This document shows positions 1-12,235 of a stretch of 64,000 nt of DNA, piece after piece; positions within the stretch are counted from its first letter, which is position 1; each line of letters starts with the position of its first letter. Origin of the DNA: Saccostrea cucullata (lineage: Eukaryota); NCBI RefSeq assembly GCF_032062105.1, contig NW_026938926.1, forward strand, positions 1 through 64,000. The letters are read 5' to 3'. The notes beneath the pieces are model-generated. The model made no database searches and had not been told where the DNA came from. It saw nothing but the letters and a program-made list of their open reading frames with translations. The position numbers and the translations under genes were made by a program.

Positions 1-1832
1 CTCCTGTTAAATTGCATGTGCATCACGATGAAACAGCTGGACATTAAATTTAAAAAACTTTCTTTAAAAACTTGTTTGTTTGTCCTTTTAAAAATGAACC
101 GATGCAAATCTTTTTAAAACTTCCAAATTATTAATTCCGGCAATTTCCCATCCTATCAACAACTTTTTTTATTTCAGAAAGTATGCCTTCAATCTTTTTC
201 AACACTGAAAATTTCCGACAAAAAAAATCGACCTACCTACCATGTAATTTTTTTTTAACCCGAATAGGGGAGGCAAAAATAATTTCATTTTAAACGGCCT
301 TACGGGAAGTTTCAGCCACCACTGGAAATCTTTAAAAAATACACCGTAATTGTGAAAATAAGATTAAGATAACATTATGGGAGATGGAAGTTTTTAATGA
401 ATAAAAAACCACATCAAATTACACCCAAGAATTGCTTGAGCATATAAATAAAACAACATCCCCTTGTTCTACTGGGATCGAGAGTTTCTCTGAAGGAGAC
501 GTTTTTACGTCGCATTTACTTTGTTGACTTTTGACGCGTCTTCTGACGTTACGTCATAATAGAGATAAGGGAGGTTTTTGCTTGGCGCGTCACATATGTG
601 TATTTTTGTTTATCATGATACTGCCCTGTTTGCTTCATCATTCAGCATTCGTTGGAGATGCACTAGAAACACAGCCGTCATCCGTCAACGTCGCGGTGCA
701 GTTACAGATGTCTTTCTATCAGGATTGTGCCATGAAGATGATGTTAGTTCGTCATTGTCAACCCCACCTCACAGAACCATGCTTGTCTTGTTACGCATGA
801 CATACCGCGGCGTTAATTCCTGCATTCAGCTTCGACATGGAGATATGACATGGAATACTATTTTAATGGATATTGGTCCATTGAATAATTGATTTCGCGT
901 GGCGTTGTGCATTTGCGCAATTTACCCAGTGCACAATATTTAGCCGATTTGGGGTCGCCACATTTGTTGTTGATTGTTTCGGAGATGACCCTGCGGCCGC
1001 TCCCAAATTTGTCATATGTCACCGCGACCAGATACGCCAAACTTCAAATAAATCCTTTAAATGAATGAAGCGTTATTTTATAGTAACACTGAGATAATAA
1101 ATGCTAATACTGCCATTCTCAGCATGTTGTCACTTTTAATAAATACCTAATACTGTATCAAACGAAGAAAACATTAACAGTTTATAAACAAATAAGATGA
1201 ATCAATTGAGAAAATAAATAGGCTGCAGAGAAAATCATAATCTTTAACAAAGTAACTTAGTAAACATGAAGAAAAACACGAAAGGCCATTTATGGCACTT
1301 CGGATTTGCAAAGAAATGTGTTGAATCCAAAAATAAATCGTGAAAAAGGCAAACCACAGACCCTTGGAAATCAATATCAAAGAAAGGATCAGGTAAAGAA
1401 AGGAAGTAAAGCATTCCCTGCATGTCACCAGTCAAACCCGTCGTGGACCTTTTCACTTGATTCGGTATCTTTAAAGAGGCTGGGGTGGCAACCATTTTCA
1501 GACTATTTCAATCTCCCTTAAGAGAAGAGCTCCATATAATGATATACAAAAATGATCAAATTTTAAAACTAAAATGTATGAATTTTTTCTTTGCCAAATG
1601 ATAGTTGACAGGTGAAGATACCGTATCTAAAAAATAAGTTAAATGTGGTGGTTAATTTGTGGTTAATTTGTTGCCTACCAGCCTCCTTAATGGATGAGTG
1701 TTTTAAAGAGTAATGCATATTTTTCCTGGTAAAATTTCAATACGTATTTGCAAATCAATTAAATAACAAGGTGCAATGAAAATATCGATCAACCATTTGT
1801 TGTCTTTTATAATCTAATAGATAATGCATTCA

Positions 1833-3363
1833 GCCTTGTCTACAACAAAGTCTTGACTGTATCTGTCTATGTCATCTGTGTTTATTTGCCTGCTTGCTCC
1901 TCATTTTTGGAATAACTTGCAGGTAAAATAGATATTTATTTTTCCTAAGTAACAAACCAGTCATTAAACCAAAAGCATAAAATATTCTACTGATTGTATA
2001 AATAAATGTATTATAAACATTCATTATAAAGAAGAAGAAGGACACTAAGCTAATGATGAAATATTATTTTATCACCAATTCTTAGCAAGAAAATGTAAAC
2101 CAATAACAGTGTAGCTTATTACTTCTAGATGAGATTCTACATGTCCATGTCATTGATTTTTTTTTCACTTATAAAATTTTTCCATAATCGTGCAAACTTG
2201 TCTCATGTGGATTAAAATTATGAAATAGGTAAAGACTTCAAAATATTCAAGTTAAAAAATCAATTTCATTTTGTTTCCTATGTAGAATTATAAATATCAG
2301 AATGTAATCATTTCTCAAATAAGAGTAATAACGTACGTGATTTTAATGAAAAAAATTCAAATTATTATTTTCATACTTTGAGACAAGTTTAGGAGTGATC
2401 AACATCTTCAAAAAGAAAAGAAATATATAGATAAATTCAAATTAGTCTAGTTGAGTGCTGAAGAGAATACAATGTTAGAAGCTCACCAGAACCAAAGTCC
2501 ATTGTACCGTCCACTAATCACAAAAAATTACATGTTTAATATGTTGAAAGAAATAAAAGCAAGTTGGTTATTAAAAACCTACTGAATCGTAAGTGTGTCA
2601 TATGGAATTCAAAATTGTTTTTATGAAGATATATACAATCATTATTGTTTTCAATGGAGATGAAAGAACATAACAAAACTTGCATTTTAAAATCAATATT
2701 AATTTCAGAACCAAAATTCCTTTAAATAAAATGCTTATTAACTAGAGGTCTCATTCGGGATCATTTAATTGAATTTATTGCACTGTAGAAAAGAAAAAGA
2801 TGAAAATTATAATAAGAAACTTGTTACTTGATATTTCCAAATGATATTTTATTTCTTTTTATTTTTTAAGATGGTTTTCATAATGTGCTTAATATATATA
2901 AAACCAAGAAGGAAACAGAGAAAGCAGGGTTTAAGCAGAGAAGATACGTCTGGAGATCCACTTTATGGATCCTGTGAGGACCCTTGTTATAGTACATTAA
3001 CACTATCTAGTTAGCACCCGATGTAATCAAAACGGATCTTCTGAAGATTTGAATCCCTATGGCTATACGTATGAGGGAGGGAAATGTGGCTGGAGTACAA
3101 GGAACGAACGACAATAATATTTATTTGGTGGATAAAGAAAGTGTACGAATGCATATAATCTCAACTCAAGGACAGTATGAAGACCCGTGGAGAAACGATT
3201 GTGATAACTCCCTTCTGCGTCACTCTTCACAAGTAGGTTTGACCTTATGCCAGTAGATGAATCTAACAGTGCTTTACGGGAAAAGAATATGGACCGTACG
3301 AACTGGCATCTAGAAAGTAAATGTGAAAGTCTTGATCAGGAGAAGTAACACGAAGATCCTATA
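1833..3363 (+). pseudogene. 3' exons of a MEGF/ced-1-like membrane receptor paralog (gene A): hydrophobic TM-like exon and Tyr-motif cytoplasmic-tail exon, frameshifted
   Basis: The exon at ~1833-1922 ends ...FACLLLIFGITCR|gt. The terminal exon (ag|2871 to ~3363: EDPCYSTL, NPYGY, NSLLRHSSQ) is homologous to the exon at 31414-31893 that lies downstream of the EGF-type exons of gene B. Stops and frameshifts are present. Confidence 0.55.
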
Positions 3364-4618
3364 AACGATGACACATGTAGGTCGTCTTATTAGTATATTA
3401 ACATAAGTAAATATTAAGCAAATCAATGAGTGTCCTCTCAATAGAAATCTATAAAATGATTTTTTTTTAAGTGAAGTATCTGCCTCACAGCAAAATTTAT
3501 GATGTTCCACTCGTATTTGCATAACTCTAAGAATTAAACTTAAAGCTACTTATATGGTGTCGCCGTTTTGTAGGCGTTAAAAGTTGTTTGAGTGGGTATA
3601 AAGAAAAATGATTCCCAGGACCTATCATAAATTTACTTTCAGGTAGGTCTACTTCATGCTATCAGATATGCTATATTTTCCGGAAAATGCAGCATTACAC
3701 ATATTAAATATAAAAGTTTAAGAATCACGCAATTAATACAGTATATATGTACATGTATTTCATGTTTATATCTATTTCAGAAAACCATATTCCAGTTTGC
3801 TAAATATTCAGACAATGAATAGATTGGCTCATATGTTAAAAATTGTAAGGTGTCAACTACGATACATACATGTACATATTGAAGTCAGTATTCAGTCATT
3901 TATTTAGACCTATGTTAGGAAATATCAGTAAGAGGAAGAAAAAACTAAATATACTTCAGTTATTCAACTTCCCCATCTAGATTTTTATAGCTGATAAGTG
4001 TGTCTGGTGGCGCAAATGTTTTGATATATGATTTATTATATAACGAATAAAGTCAAGTAGAACACTCAACGTTTTTTTGTTATCAAAAAATTGATGATAT
4101 CAAATGCAAAAGCAAGATAACGCCTTTATTTAAACAAATGATAAATTATAAAATTCCAAAGATGTGTTTATAAAAGTGAAAGTCTTCAAACAATCTTTAT
4201 TTTAATTGTCTATTTTCATTGTTTCTTAAATTAATATTAAAAATGTGGTCATTTGATAAAGTCAATCCAAGGATATATCGACTTCAAAGAAAAGGATCGA
4301 CTTTGTCTCCAGTCTATATGCTCTGCTATAAAGTTTATACTGTAGAAGTCTTAAATTTCAAGTGTCTAAAATTTCACGGTTTGTTAGAAAGTTACCTTTC
4401 ACGGTAGTTTCAATTTCGCAGAGAATCATTCATAAATATTCAGGTGCTATGCCTGTTTTTAGGAAGATATGAAGTGAAGTAATAAAAACGATGGTTTAAA
4501 GTTCGCGGAAAATTCTTAAATCGTGAACATAGTGAAATTAAAATTTCCGTAATGTTTTTCACTTCTACAGTATGTAGATCTACCTCATAACAGAGAGGGA
4601 GAGAATGAGAAATAATAA

Positions 4619-5653
4619 TGAAAACAAGCCGTAGTTAATTATAACTTTGACTTGTAAAACTTAACACAAGCTTTACTGTATTAAACAGGTAGCTTGTTAA
4701 ACTCCTAAACACTTGATTAAAACGGGACACAAGTCGTGGTCATTTATAACACTGACTTGTTAAACCTACGCAAGCTTTACTGTATTAAACGGATTCAGCT
4801 TGTAAATACTACGGGCCAAATACGATAAGTCCGGTAATCTTTATTAAGTTAAAAGTAAAGTGAAATTAAATTCCGAAATTCTCTAATGAAAAATTCTATG
4901 AAAAATTCGAAAGAAAAATTTACGTATCTAGAAAAATAAAATTACTGAATCTAAACAAAATAAAAATTGACATTCGTTGAATTAATCAACTTTAGTCATC
5001 ATAAAAGAGAAAGATAGCAAACGTATAACTTTTGTTACGTAGTTTGCCGTAAAATAAAAATTAAATAAATGTAGAGTAAAATTGTAAAATAAAATAATCC
5101 TAGAAAAATAAATTAATGAAAAGAACTACTCAGTCATAGACTGTTAAGTTCTAAAAATTACCGATCACGGACAATAGTATTTTACTATTTAATGTCCTTC
5201 ACGGTTAAATCCTATCCTAACTAAATAAATGAAAAATTAAATAAATTCCTAATTTAAATAAAAGATAGACAAAAATAAAAGTTAAAATAAAATCCTAACA
5301 AAAATCTACAAGCTCCGTAATACGGACCTACCAAATCAAAATAAGCAGAAGAGTGACTAGAATTTCTCAGCGTCTAAATTTTATATGACTCAAAGACAGA
5401 AAATGACGGAAAAAGACGGAATTATTAATTATGAAATTTCATTGGATTAGTAACTAATGATCAATTATATTGAACAATCTGATTGGTCAATAGTAAAACA
5501 TCACGACCTTTCACGTGAACAAGTGTTACCAAACATTCTATACAAATGCAAAATAATAATTTCTCACATATTATCAATTAAAACAAAATATGTTTCACAA
5601 CAAATAATTTAAACAAAACATATTAAACTCAAAACAATATTTAGTTTGTAACA
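4619..5653 (-). mobile_element. Probable solo LTR
   Basis: On the minus strand it starts TGTTACA and ends TTTTCA, with CCAAT boxes, a TATA box and AATAAA in LTR order, plus a short internal duplication. The flanking 4-mers (TGAT/TTAT) are only an imperfect TSD. Confidence 0.5.
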
Positions 5654-6553
5654 ATCACTATTGCACTTGTAATATAATTTGTATTTCCCGCGTTTTGTCC
5701 CTATGCTTATTATACCCATAAGTCCTTGCAAAATAGCTTAGCCGACCAGAACAATTGAGGCCTGGTCATTCCCGGCAGAGAAGCGTAGCTGCAGACACGT
5801 TTCTGATTCGAAGCAGCTAGTATATGTACATAGCAGCAGTGCATGCAATATTTTACTGGCACGGAGACAGGTCCGTGATAAGTATTACTTATGATATTAT
5901 TTGCTTTGTATATAGTTTTTTTTATGCAAATTTATTATTGATATACTTCTAGTTTTCTATTTCTGAACTTGGCCAGCTTGACCATTTACTCGTTGTTCAC
6001 TCAGGTGTGACGGTTAGCGAGAGTGTTCGAGTGGCTGTTGTATTATATCGATAACGTTTAAAGTTCTCATTGTTAAATGTTCGCTATTTTCTTGTACTCA
6101 GTTTTGTTACTTTGTGTAGAATATTTTGTCCATTTAAAATTTTGGTTTAAATGTCTGGACGGAAGTGAATGACCGGAAGTTGAAAGTAAGGTGTGGATAT
6201 TGGCAGTAATTGTTTTTGACTTGCTTAAACTGGTTACCATTATACTTAATACTTTTTGATTATTTTTATATTGACCATGAATAGCCAAACAAACATAGTG
6301 GTATTGCCAAACATATGTAGTGAAACATGTGACTTATTAATATGCATCATTGTAGCGTCGAAGATATTGGTACTGGATATTGGGTACATGCACTAAGCTG
6401 AGGGGATCGTCTGATCGTGGTGACACAGCGAAAGGTTCCTGGACTAAAGCCCGGAAGGAGGCTGTGTGTGTGATCAAGACTCGGTGATGGTGGACAGACA
6501 CAGAATAACAAGTCAAACCACGTAACGTGATAGTTCGTTAGATGAACACTAGT

Positions 6554-6644
6554 CAGGTTGGGCACACCCCCCCCCATTTGGTTGATCCACTCCCGTTTAG
6601 TGGTCTATAGCCTAAATGGTATACATACATAACTGACCAAATGG
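6554..6644 (+). repeat. Left TIR (~90 bp) of the Academ-like element
   Basis: Imperfect reverse complement of 13735-13823; the outer ~50 bp are nearly identical. Confidence 0.92.
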
Positions 6645-6735
6645 TGGTCTTTTTTCTTCGCGCCAATATTGCATTAAATTAAGAGAAAGGCGCATTTGCA
6701 CGAGCATCAGGAGATGATCTCGAACTCACCCTTGG

Positions 6736-6812
6736 ACTTATATAAGGCGATTCGCCCAACATTTCATGCGGCAATTTCGATAGCGGAGGGAGAGAAAAGT
6801 ACGTAGAAGTAA
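6736..6812 (+). promoter_or_regulatory. Putative TATA promoter and non-coding first exon of the transposase gene
   Basis: TATATAA at ~6739, a GTAAGT donor at ~6809, and an acceptor tttag at 7126 just before the ATG at 7129. Confidence 0.45.
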
Positions 6813-7128
6813 GTAGTACTGTTATTTTGACAACTTAATGCTATATAATTTAAATATACCTCTTAAATGTTGAAAAATTTTCCTGTGAGCTCTTTCTACA
6901 ACTTTCATACTTTACAAATCAAAGCTTCTTATTGATCATGATCATTCAGAACCAATGAAAAGTCCCGTTATAATTAATTACAGCAGCTAAACGTTTGTAC
7001 GGCACATCATTAGAGTACAAAATACATAGATTTTTTTTCTTGGCCATTACAGTATAATGTATATATAGAGAGATTTTAATCAGAGAATTTTTACAAATAT
7101 TCTCTATTGTTGTATAATTTTTTTAGAT

Positions 7129-10100
7129 ATGCCATTTCCCAAGAAATGTAGCATTAAAACCCATGCAACAATTTGCAAGGACTCTGAACAAGGGACCCTT
7201 TTTAGAGTTAGGAAAAAAAGTGAGAAGTGAGCTTATTGAAAAATTAAAGCAAGAGGGGGAACTTAGCCCCAAAGGAACCTACATCTGTGAAAGATGTATT
7301 AAGCATGCTGAGGTAAATTATAAATTAATTTTCCATATTGTATCACTCACACAGGAATGAAAAGGGATAAAAGGAGAGGGGGGGGGGTATTGTTATTTTC
7401 AAATGATTTTCATCCATGCATATATAGTAAAATGTTACATGAAAACGAATTCATGTGAATTAAAAAACAAATTATATACATAAACATCCAGAAATTAAAA
7501 GATACGCCCTCCTTTGCTGTTTTCCTTAAACGATTTGTTTTGTTTGAAAAAAGACTACGACCATGCAATTTTCTCACAGGCAAGAATTGTCCCTAAAAGA
7601 AAAAAAAACACCATTGTTGCAGAGATGGTACAAAATATTGAGAATGGTGTCATCGAAGAAGATGAATTGGAGATGATTATGTGTGCAATTGGTTCGTTTA
7701 TTAATTTTTTTAATCATGTAAAAAAAAAAATGATTACGTTCAGGCACGTAGCATCGTTTTTGAAAGTGGGGGGGGGGGGGGGGGGCAACCTTAGAAAATT
7801 TTTTTACTTGCCGGTAGCCCCCCCCCCCCCCCAAAAAGAAGGAAAATTACTCAAACTCGAAAATCCTATTTCGTGTGTGTGTGTGGGGGGGGGGGGGGGG
7901 GGGTAGTGACCAAATTTTTTCAAGGCAAACTTCCTTTCACTGCCAATTTTTTCCTAAATTTACTTGCTATGTATATACTGTGGTAACAAGTGGGGGGCAA
8001 ACCACCTTTTCAATATACATTTTCTATATTAATCTATAGTAAAGGTAATGCTATCGGAAAAAATGGGGGGCAGCCCCCCCCCCCCCCCCCCGATACTACG
8101 TGCCTGACGTTTGGGTCGGCTGTACATCGTACCTTTCATTGAAATAATTACAGGGAAGGCATATTAATAAATTAATTGCATGAAGTCGCGCCATTTTTTT
8201 CTTTTTCACAGGAAGAAGAGAATCTTTAAAAGTTTTTGATGACAGTTTAGTTGCCGGTTCAATTTATAAAAAAGATGACATGTTAAAACATTTTGATCCA
8301 GCTCGTAAGATTTTTATGCATTTCTAATATTTTTTTTTTAAATTAAATTCATAAATAATATTAAAGTTTTCAAAAATAATTTTAATTAATTATTTTTTGG
8401 AACCTCTTCGTTTTATTTTCATAGGCTACATGTCTGAGAGGAATGGTCCTCTTCTTGCCTTTTTTAAAGGCTTGATGCAGGAGGGGGATTTTTATCAGAA
8501 GGAAAAAGCAGTAGTAATTAGCAGTGCAGTGGACAGCGTTTACTACCTGGTAAACACCAAATTCGTTGCTCCACTTGCATTTGCTAAATCCCTTCTTATA
8601 TACACTAAGACAGGTGGGTTTTTTTTATTATTAATTTTACAATCACGCAATTAAATATTTTCTTAATAAATTTTTAAACATTTTGTTATGATTTTATTAA
8701 ATAAAAAATATTTTTTTATATCCATCTGTATTTATAATTTATATTTATTTATTTACTAATATTGAATTGTTTATGTTATTAGGAAGCAAAGAAGGAGTAA
8801 ATGTTGCTAGTGCTGCATCACCAAGCGGAAGTTATACATCTATACTAAACTGGCTAAAAGCCAACAGCCAAGAGAAAATAAAGATCCCCGATAATTCGGA
8901 TGTTATATCTTTTTTTGATAACAACCAGGTCTTTAAAAATTTCTTTTACTTCAATTTAATTTTTTCAAATTATTTTTTTTTACACGTGTCATTATTTTTA
9001 TTGCGACTTTTAAATTTTATCTTTAAAAAGGTGATTGGTAGAAAATGGCGGGTCAAGAACGATTTCAAGGCGGAGTCATCCGTTATCACTTCTGTGGCTC
9101 ATATGCAGCCCAGAAGTGATATTCAGAGAAACATAGAGCTTGCGCCTTCAAAGTGGCAGAGTTTCCATGTACAGGCGAAGAAGGACTCTCTTGAAAAGTT
9201 GAAAGCGCAAGAAATATTATTTGAAAAAGAGTTCAGTAAATTAAGGTAAAAACTGAAGAGAGAGAGAGAGAGAGATTTTCAAAATTTACTCGTTTATAAT
9301 TTCAAACTTTTATTTCAGACATGGATTTATTTCTAAGAGAATCAATGAGATAAATCAAACAACAATCCGAAGAAGATGGATGGAAGGATCATGTTGACAA
9401 GAAAAAAGACCATCCACGGGAAATAGATCCCCCAAACGAGAGGTTAACGAGGATATATATTTGAAACACAATCGATTGTAAAAGAAATTATATTTTCAAT
9501 AAATGTTTTTATTATTATTATTCAGTTCACTTTCCAGGTGCGAATCCAGAATTTTTTTTCCACTCAAATAAAATACAACCCAGGAATTTCTTGACAAGCA
9601 AAAAAGAAAATAAAACTTAACTCGTTTAAACTTCAAAAACCCATTTCGAAGGGGGGTGGGACTTCTTATACTTAAAAAATTTGACCTTTCATACCAATTT
9701 AAGACAAATTTTCGTTAGCCATGGGGTCTGCGTTTTGCCGAGGGGGTCCATGGTATTTTTTCTTGCTTTAGTGTATAAATTTAATAACCTTGCCAATTCC
9801 TGGGGGGTCAGGTTCAGGGTTCATGCCTTCCATTTACCACCACCCCACCCATTCACCTCCAATCTACAAAATGTAAAACAGACTAAGATTGACACAAGTT
9901 ATATAAATCTAAAGATCAATTTCATTATTTTTAGATACACGTTCATTCCTAGCTGCCATGAAGCAGGGCCAAGCAAGGTTTTTGCTGGAGAACCCATTTT
10001 TGAGAACCCTTGTTCGTATGAGGCTGTAGAGAAGGTTGTATAGTATTCCTTAATTCATATAAATACAAAAAATAATAAATAAATAAATAAAAAAAAATTA

Positions 10101-12171
10101 TATGATGCATAAAATGTTCTATCTGGGAACAGGTGCTTGACCATCTCCTGGAGGAGGCAGAGGTCGGTACGACACGACATTGGACGGCAGTAGGATGTGA
10201 CGGCCTCCCCTACGTTCTCGCCTCGAGGATCATGGAGGAGTTGTATATTTGCCCTACTTGTCGTATCCAATATGACCAAGATGAGTTCATTAACCATATT
10301 GAGACTTCAAAACATGCGAATGATTTGGAGGAAGGAAGGAAATATAGGGATATTTTAATGCTAGCAGGTGTTACACTAATTTCAATTATAATGTGCAAAA
10401 ATCATCATCAATTTTGTTTAATAAAATCAAAATTTGTGCAAATTCTACATTTTTTTTAGGACATGGCCACTTTGAAATTAATATGACGAAGGCCCTTTTC
10501 AAACTCCTTTGGGACGTGTGCTTAATGGAGCTCGCAAAAATGCTGGGCTTCAAGAGTCCGAAGGCCCTTGCAGCATGCCAGGCTGCCCATGGTATAGAAT
10601 TTATAAACTAAAAAAATTTAAAATTGTATCATATTTTTTGTAAAAAAAAATACATAAATTAAAATGCTCCATAAGCGTCGGAATCAAATTGAAAGTGGGG
10701 TTTGGGGGCTAAACCAACAAAAAAAGTAAACCCTTATTTTCATGCCTATATTATGTATATATTTGTAAAAAAAAAAAAAAAAAAAAGGTGGGGAGAGGCT
10801 TAGCCCCCCCCCCCCCTCTTCCGACGCCTATGTGCTCTTCGCAAAACATAGATTTATTTTATATTGCAGATCACCATAAAAGCTGGCAAATTCTGGAAAT
10901 ATTCCTTTTTGCTATGTCTGGTGAGCTCCTTGTGCCCTATGTTCGTCAGGCATTGGAAAAAAAAGAAACGCCTTCCGTTGAAGGGTTTTTAGCCAGCAAC
11001 AAGACCCCTAATGCAGCTTTGATGGCGAAGATTGTTTTTGACCACAGTCTAGCACTTCATGTGTTTAGAGCAGGGGTACGACGCAACAACACAGAGGTCA
11101 TTCTTTGTAGCAGGTCTAAATTTTCCCCATTATTTTTTGGCTTAAACATGCCATTTTACATGGAGGCTTTCGTCAGAGACTCTTTAATTCGGATACAGTG
11201 TCCTCCTGCAGTCAACGAATTTATGAGAAAAAACGAGACGTACACTGTAACTGGGAACGAGAGCAAAGGCGAAGGGGGGGACTTTGTTCTGGAGAACCTC
11301 AACCGCAAAAGCAAAAGCTTCATGCCCCCCGGCCTGCCAACCGACGAGAAATGGCTCACCATAAGCAGAAACATCGACAAATTAGACGAGGTAAAAAATA
11401 TTTATATACACATCATGCACATAAATCGTAATGACGTAGGATTGTTTTAGAAGGGGGCAGATGCAGAGAACAAAATTAAAAGGGAGGGGGTGCCCTAACT
11501 CAGAAATCTTTTTTCTAATGTACATTTTCTATAACAAAAGGTTATGTATCATGGAAAAAAAGTATCCCCCCATTCAACATGCATAAATCCATTGCATCTA
11601 AGATTAAATGAATTTATTTAGAAACAGTTTAAATATACTTTATACTGTATATAGTAATTTTGTTCATATTTTTCAGATCAGACTGAACATGCAGACAATT
11701 ATGGGGCTGACAGATAAAGACTCAGAATATACATACGCATACGACATTAGTGAAGAAATCTCAGCATTTAGACACATAATTAGGGAACGTAAATATTTAC
11801 AAAAACAATCACTCACTACACTCTCAAATAAACCTTTAGACAGTGCATTCTTACATTTTGCAGAACATGCACAAGAAAACAAAGACTCGCATTACACACA
11901 CATACAAACACACGCACTCTCATCTAGACTTAAACACACACCTATATTTATTTTTCAAGAACACAGAGAAAAGCACACCAACATCGCAAACAAAACAAAA
12001 GCTGAAATATCTACACACATTGAGACACAGTTGGACACATTGAAATCACATACACTAAGCCAGAAATGGAAAAAAGTGAAAAACTTGAAAAAATCTGTTC
12101 TTTTAGAATTTCTTAAAGAACTAAATGAAATTAAGGATGCTGAAAGCCAGAGCGAGTCAGATGTAGAATAA
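7129..12171 (+). CDS. Academ-superfamily-like DDE transposase, 12 coding exons, roughly 850 aa, a few frameshifts in this copy
   Basis: Approximate GT-AG exons: 7129-7312, 7580-7691, 8212-8304, 8425-8613, 8783-8928, 9031-9245, 9319-9442, 9935-10033, 10133-10367, 10460-10591, 10869-11390, 11677-12171. Motifs in order: ISFFDNNQ (D1), EPIFENPCS, AVGCDGLPY (D2), CPTC-x11-H-x5-H, GHGHFEINM, FRAGVRRNN...PLFFG...Y, GDFVLENLNRKSK (E). This matches the Academ pattern D..D..GxxH..RxxN..DxxxExxNxxxK. Confidence 0.8.
7741..8106. mobile_element. MITE (366 bp) in transposase intron 2, left arm only
   Basis: 16-bp TIRs CAGGCACGTAGCATCG / CGATACTACGTGCCTG. TSD ACGTT at 7736-7740 and 8107-8111. Empty site with a single ACGTT at ~54345 in the right arm. 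Confidence 0.92.
10670..10832. mobile_element. MITE in transposase intron 10
   Basis: TIRs CATAAGCGTCGGAA / TTCCGACGCCTATG and 5-bp TSD TGCTC. Same family as 63609-63961; mirrored at ~51556-51711. Confidence 0.85.
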
Positions 12172-12235
12172 AGGTATGAATATCTATAATTTTTGCAAAT
12201 TACTCGCTTGAGAAAAAAAATTAATTAGCAAGCAT

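Noticed and set aside
531-1040. Short ORFs near the left edge and a lone Sola-like terminus (GCGTCACATAT at ~587-597)
   Set aside because: The ORFs are not conserved in frame between arms and have no recognisable motif; no partner TIR was found.
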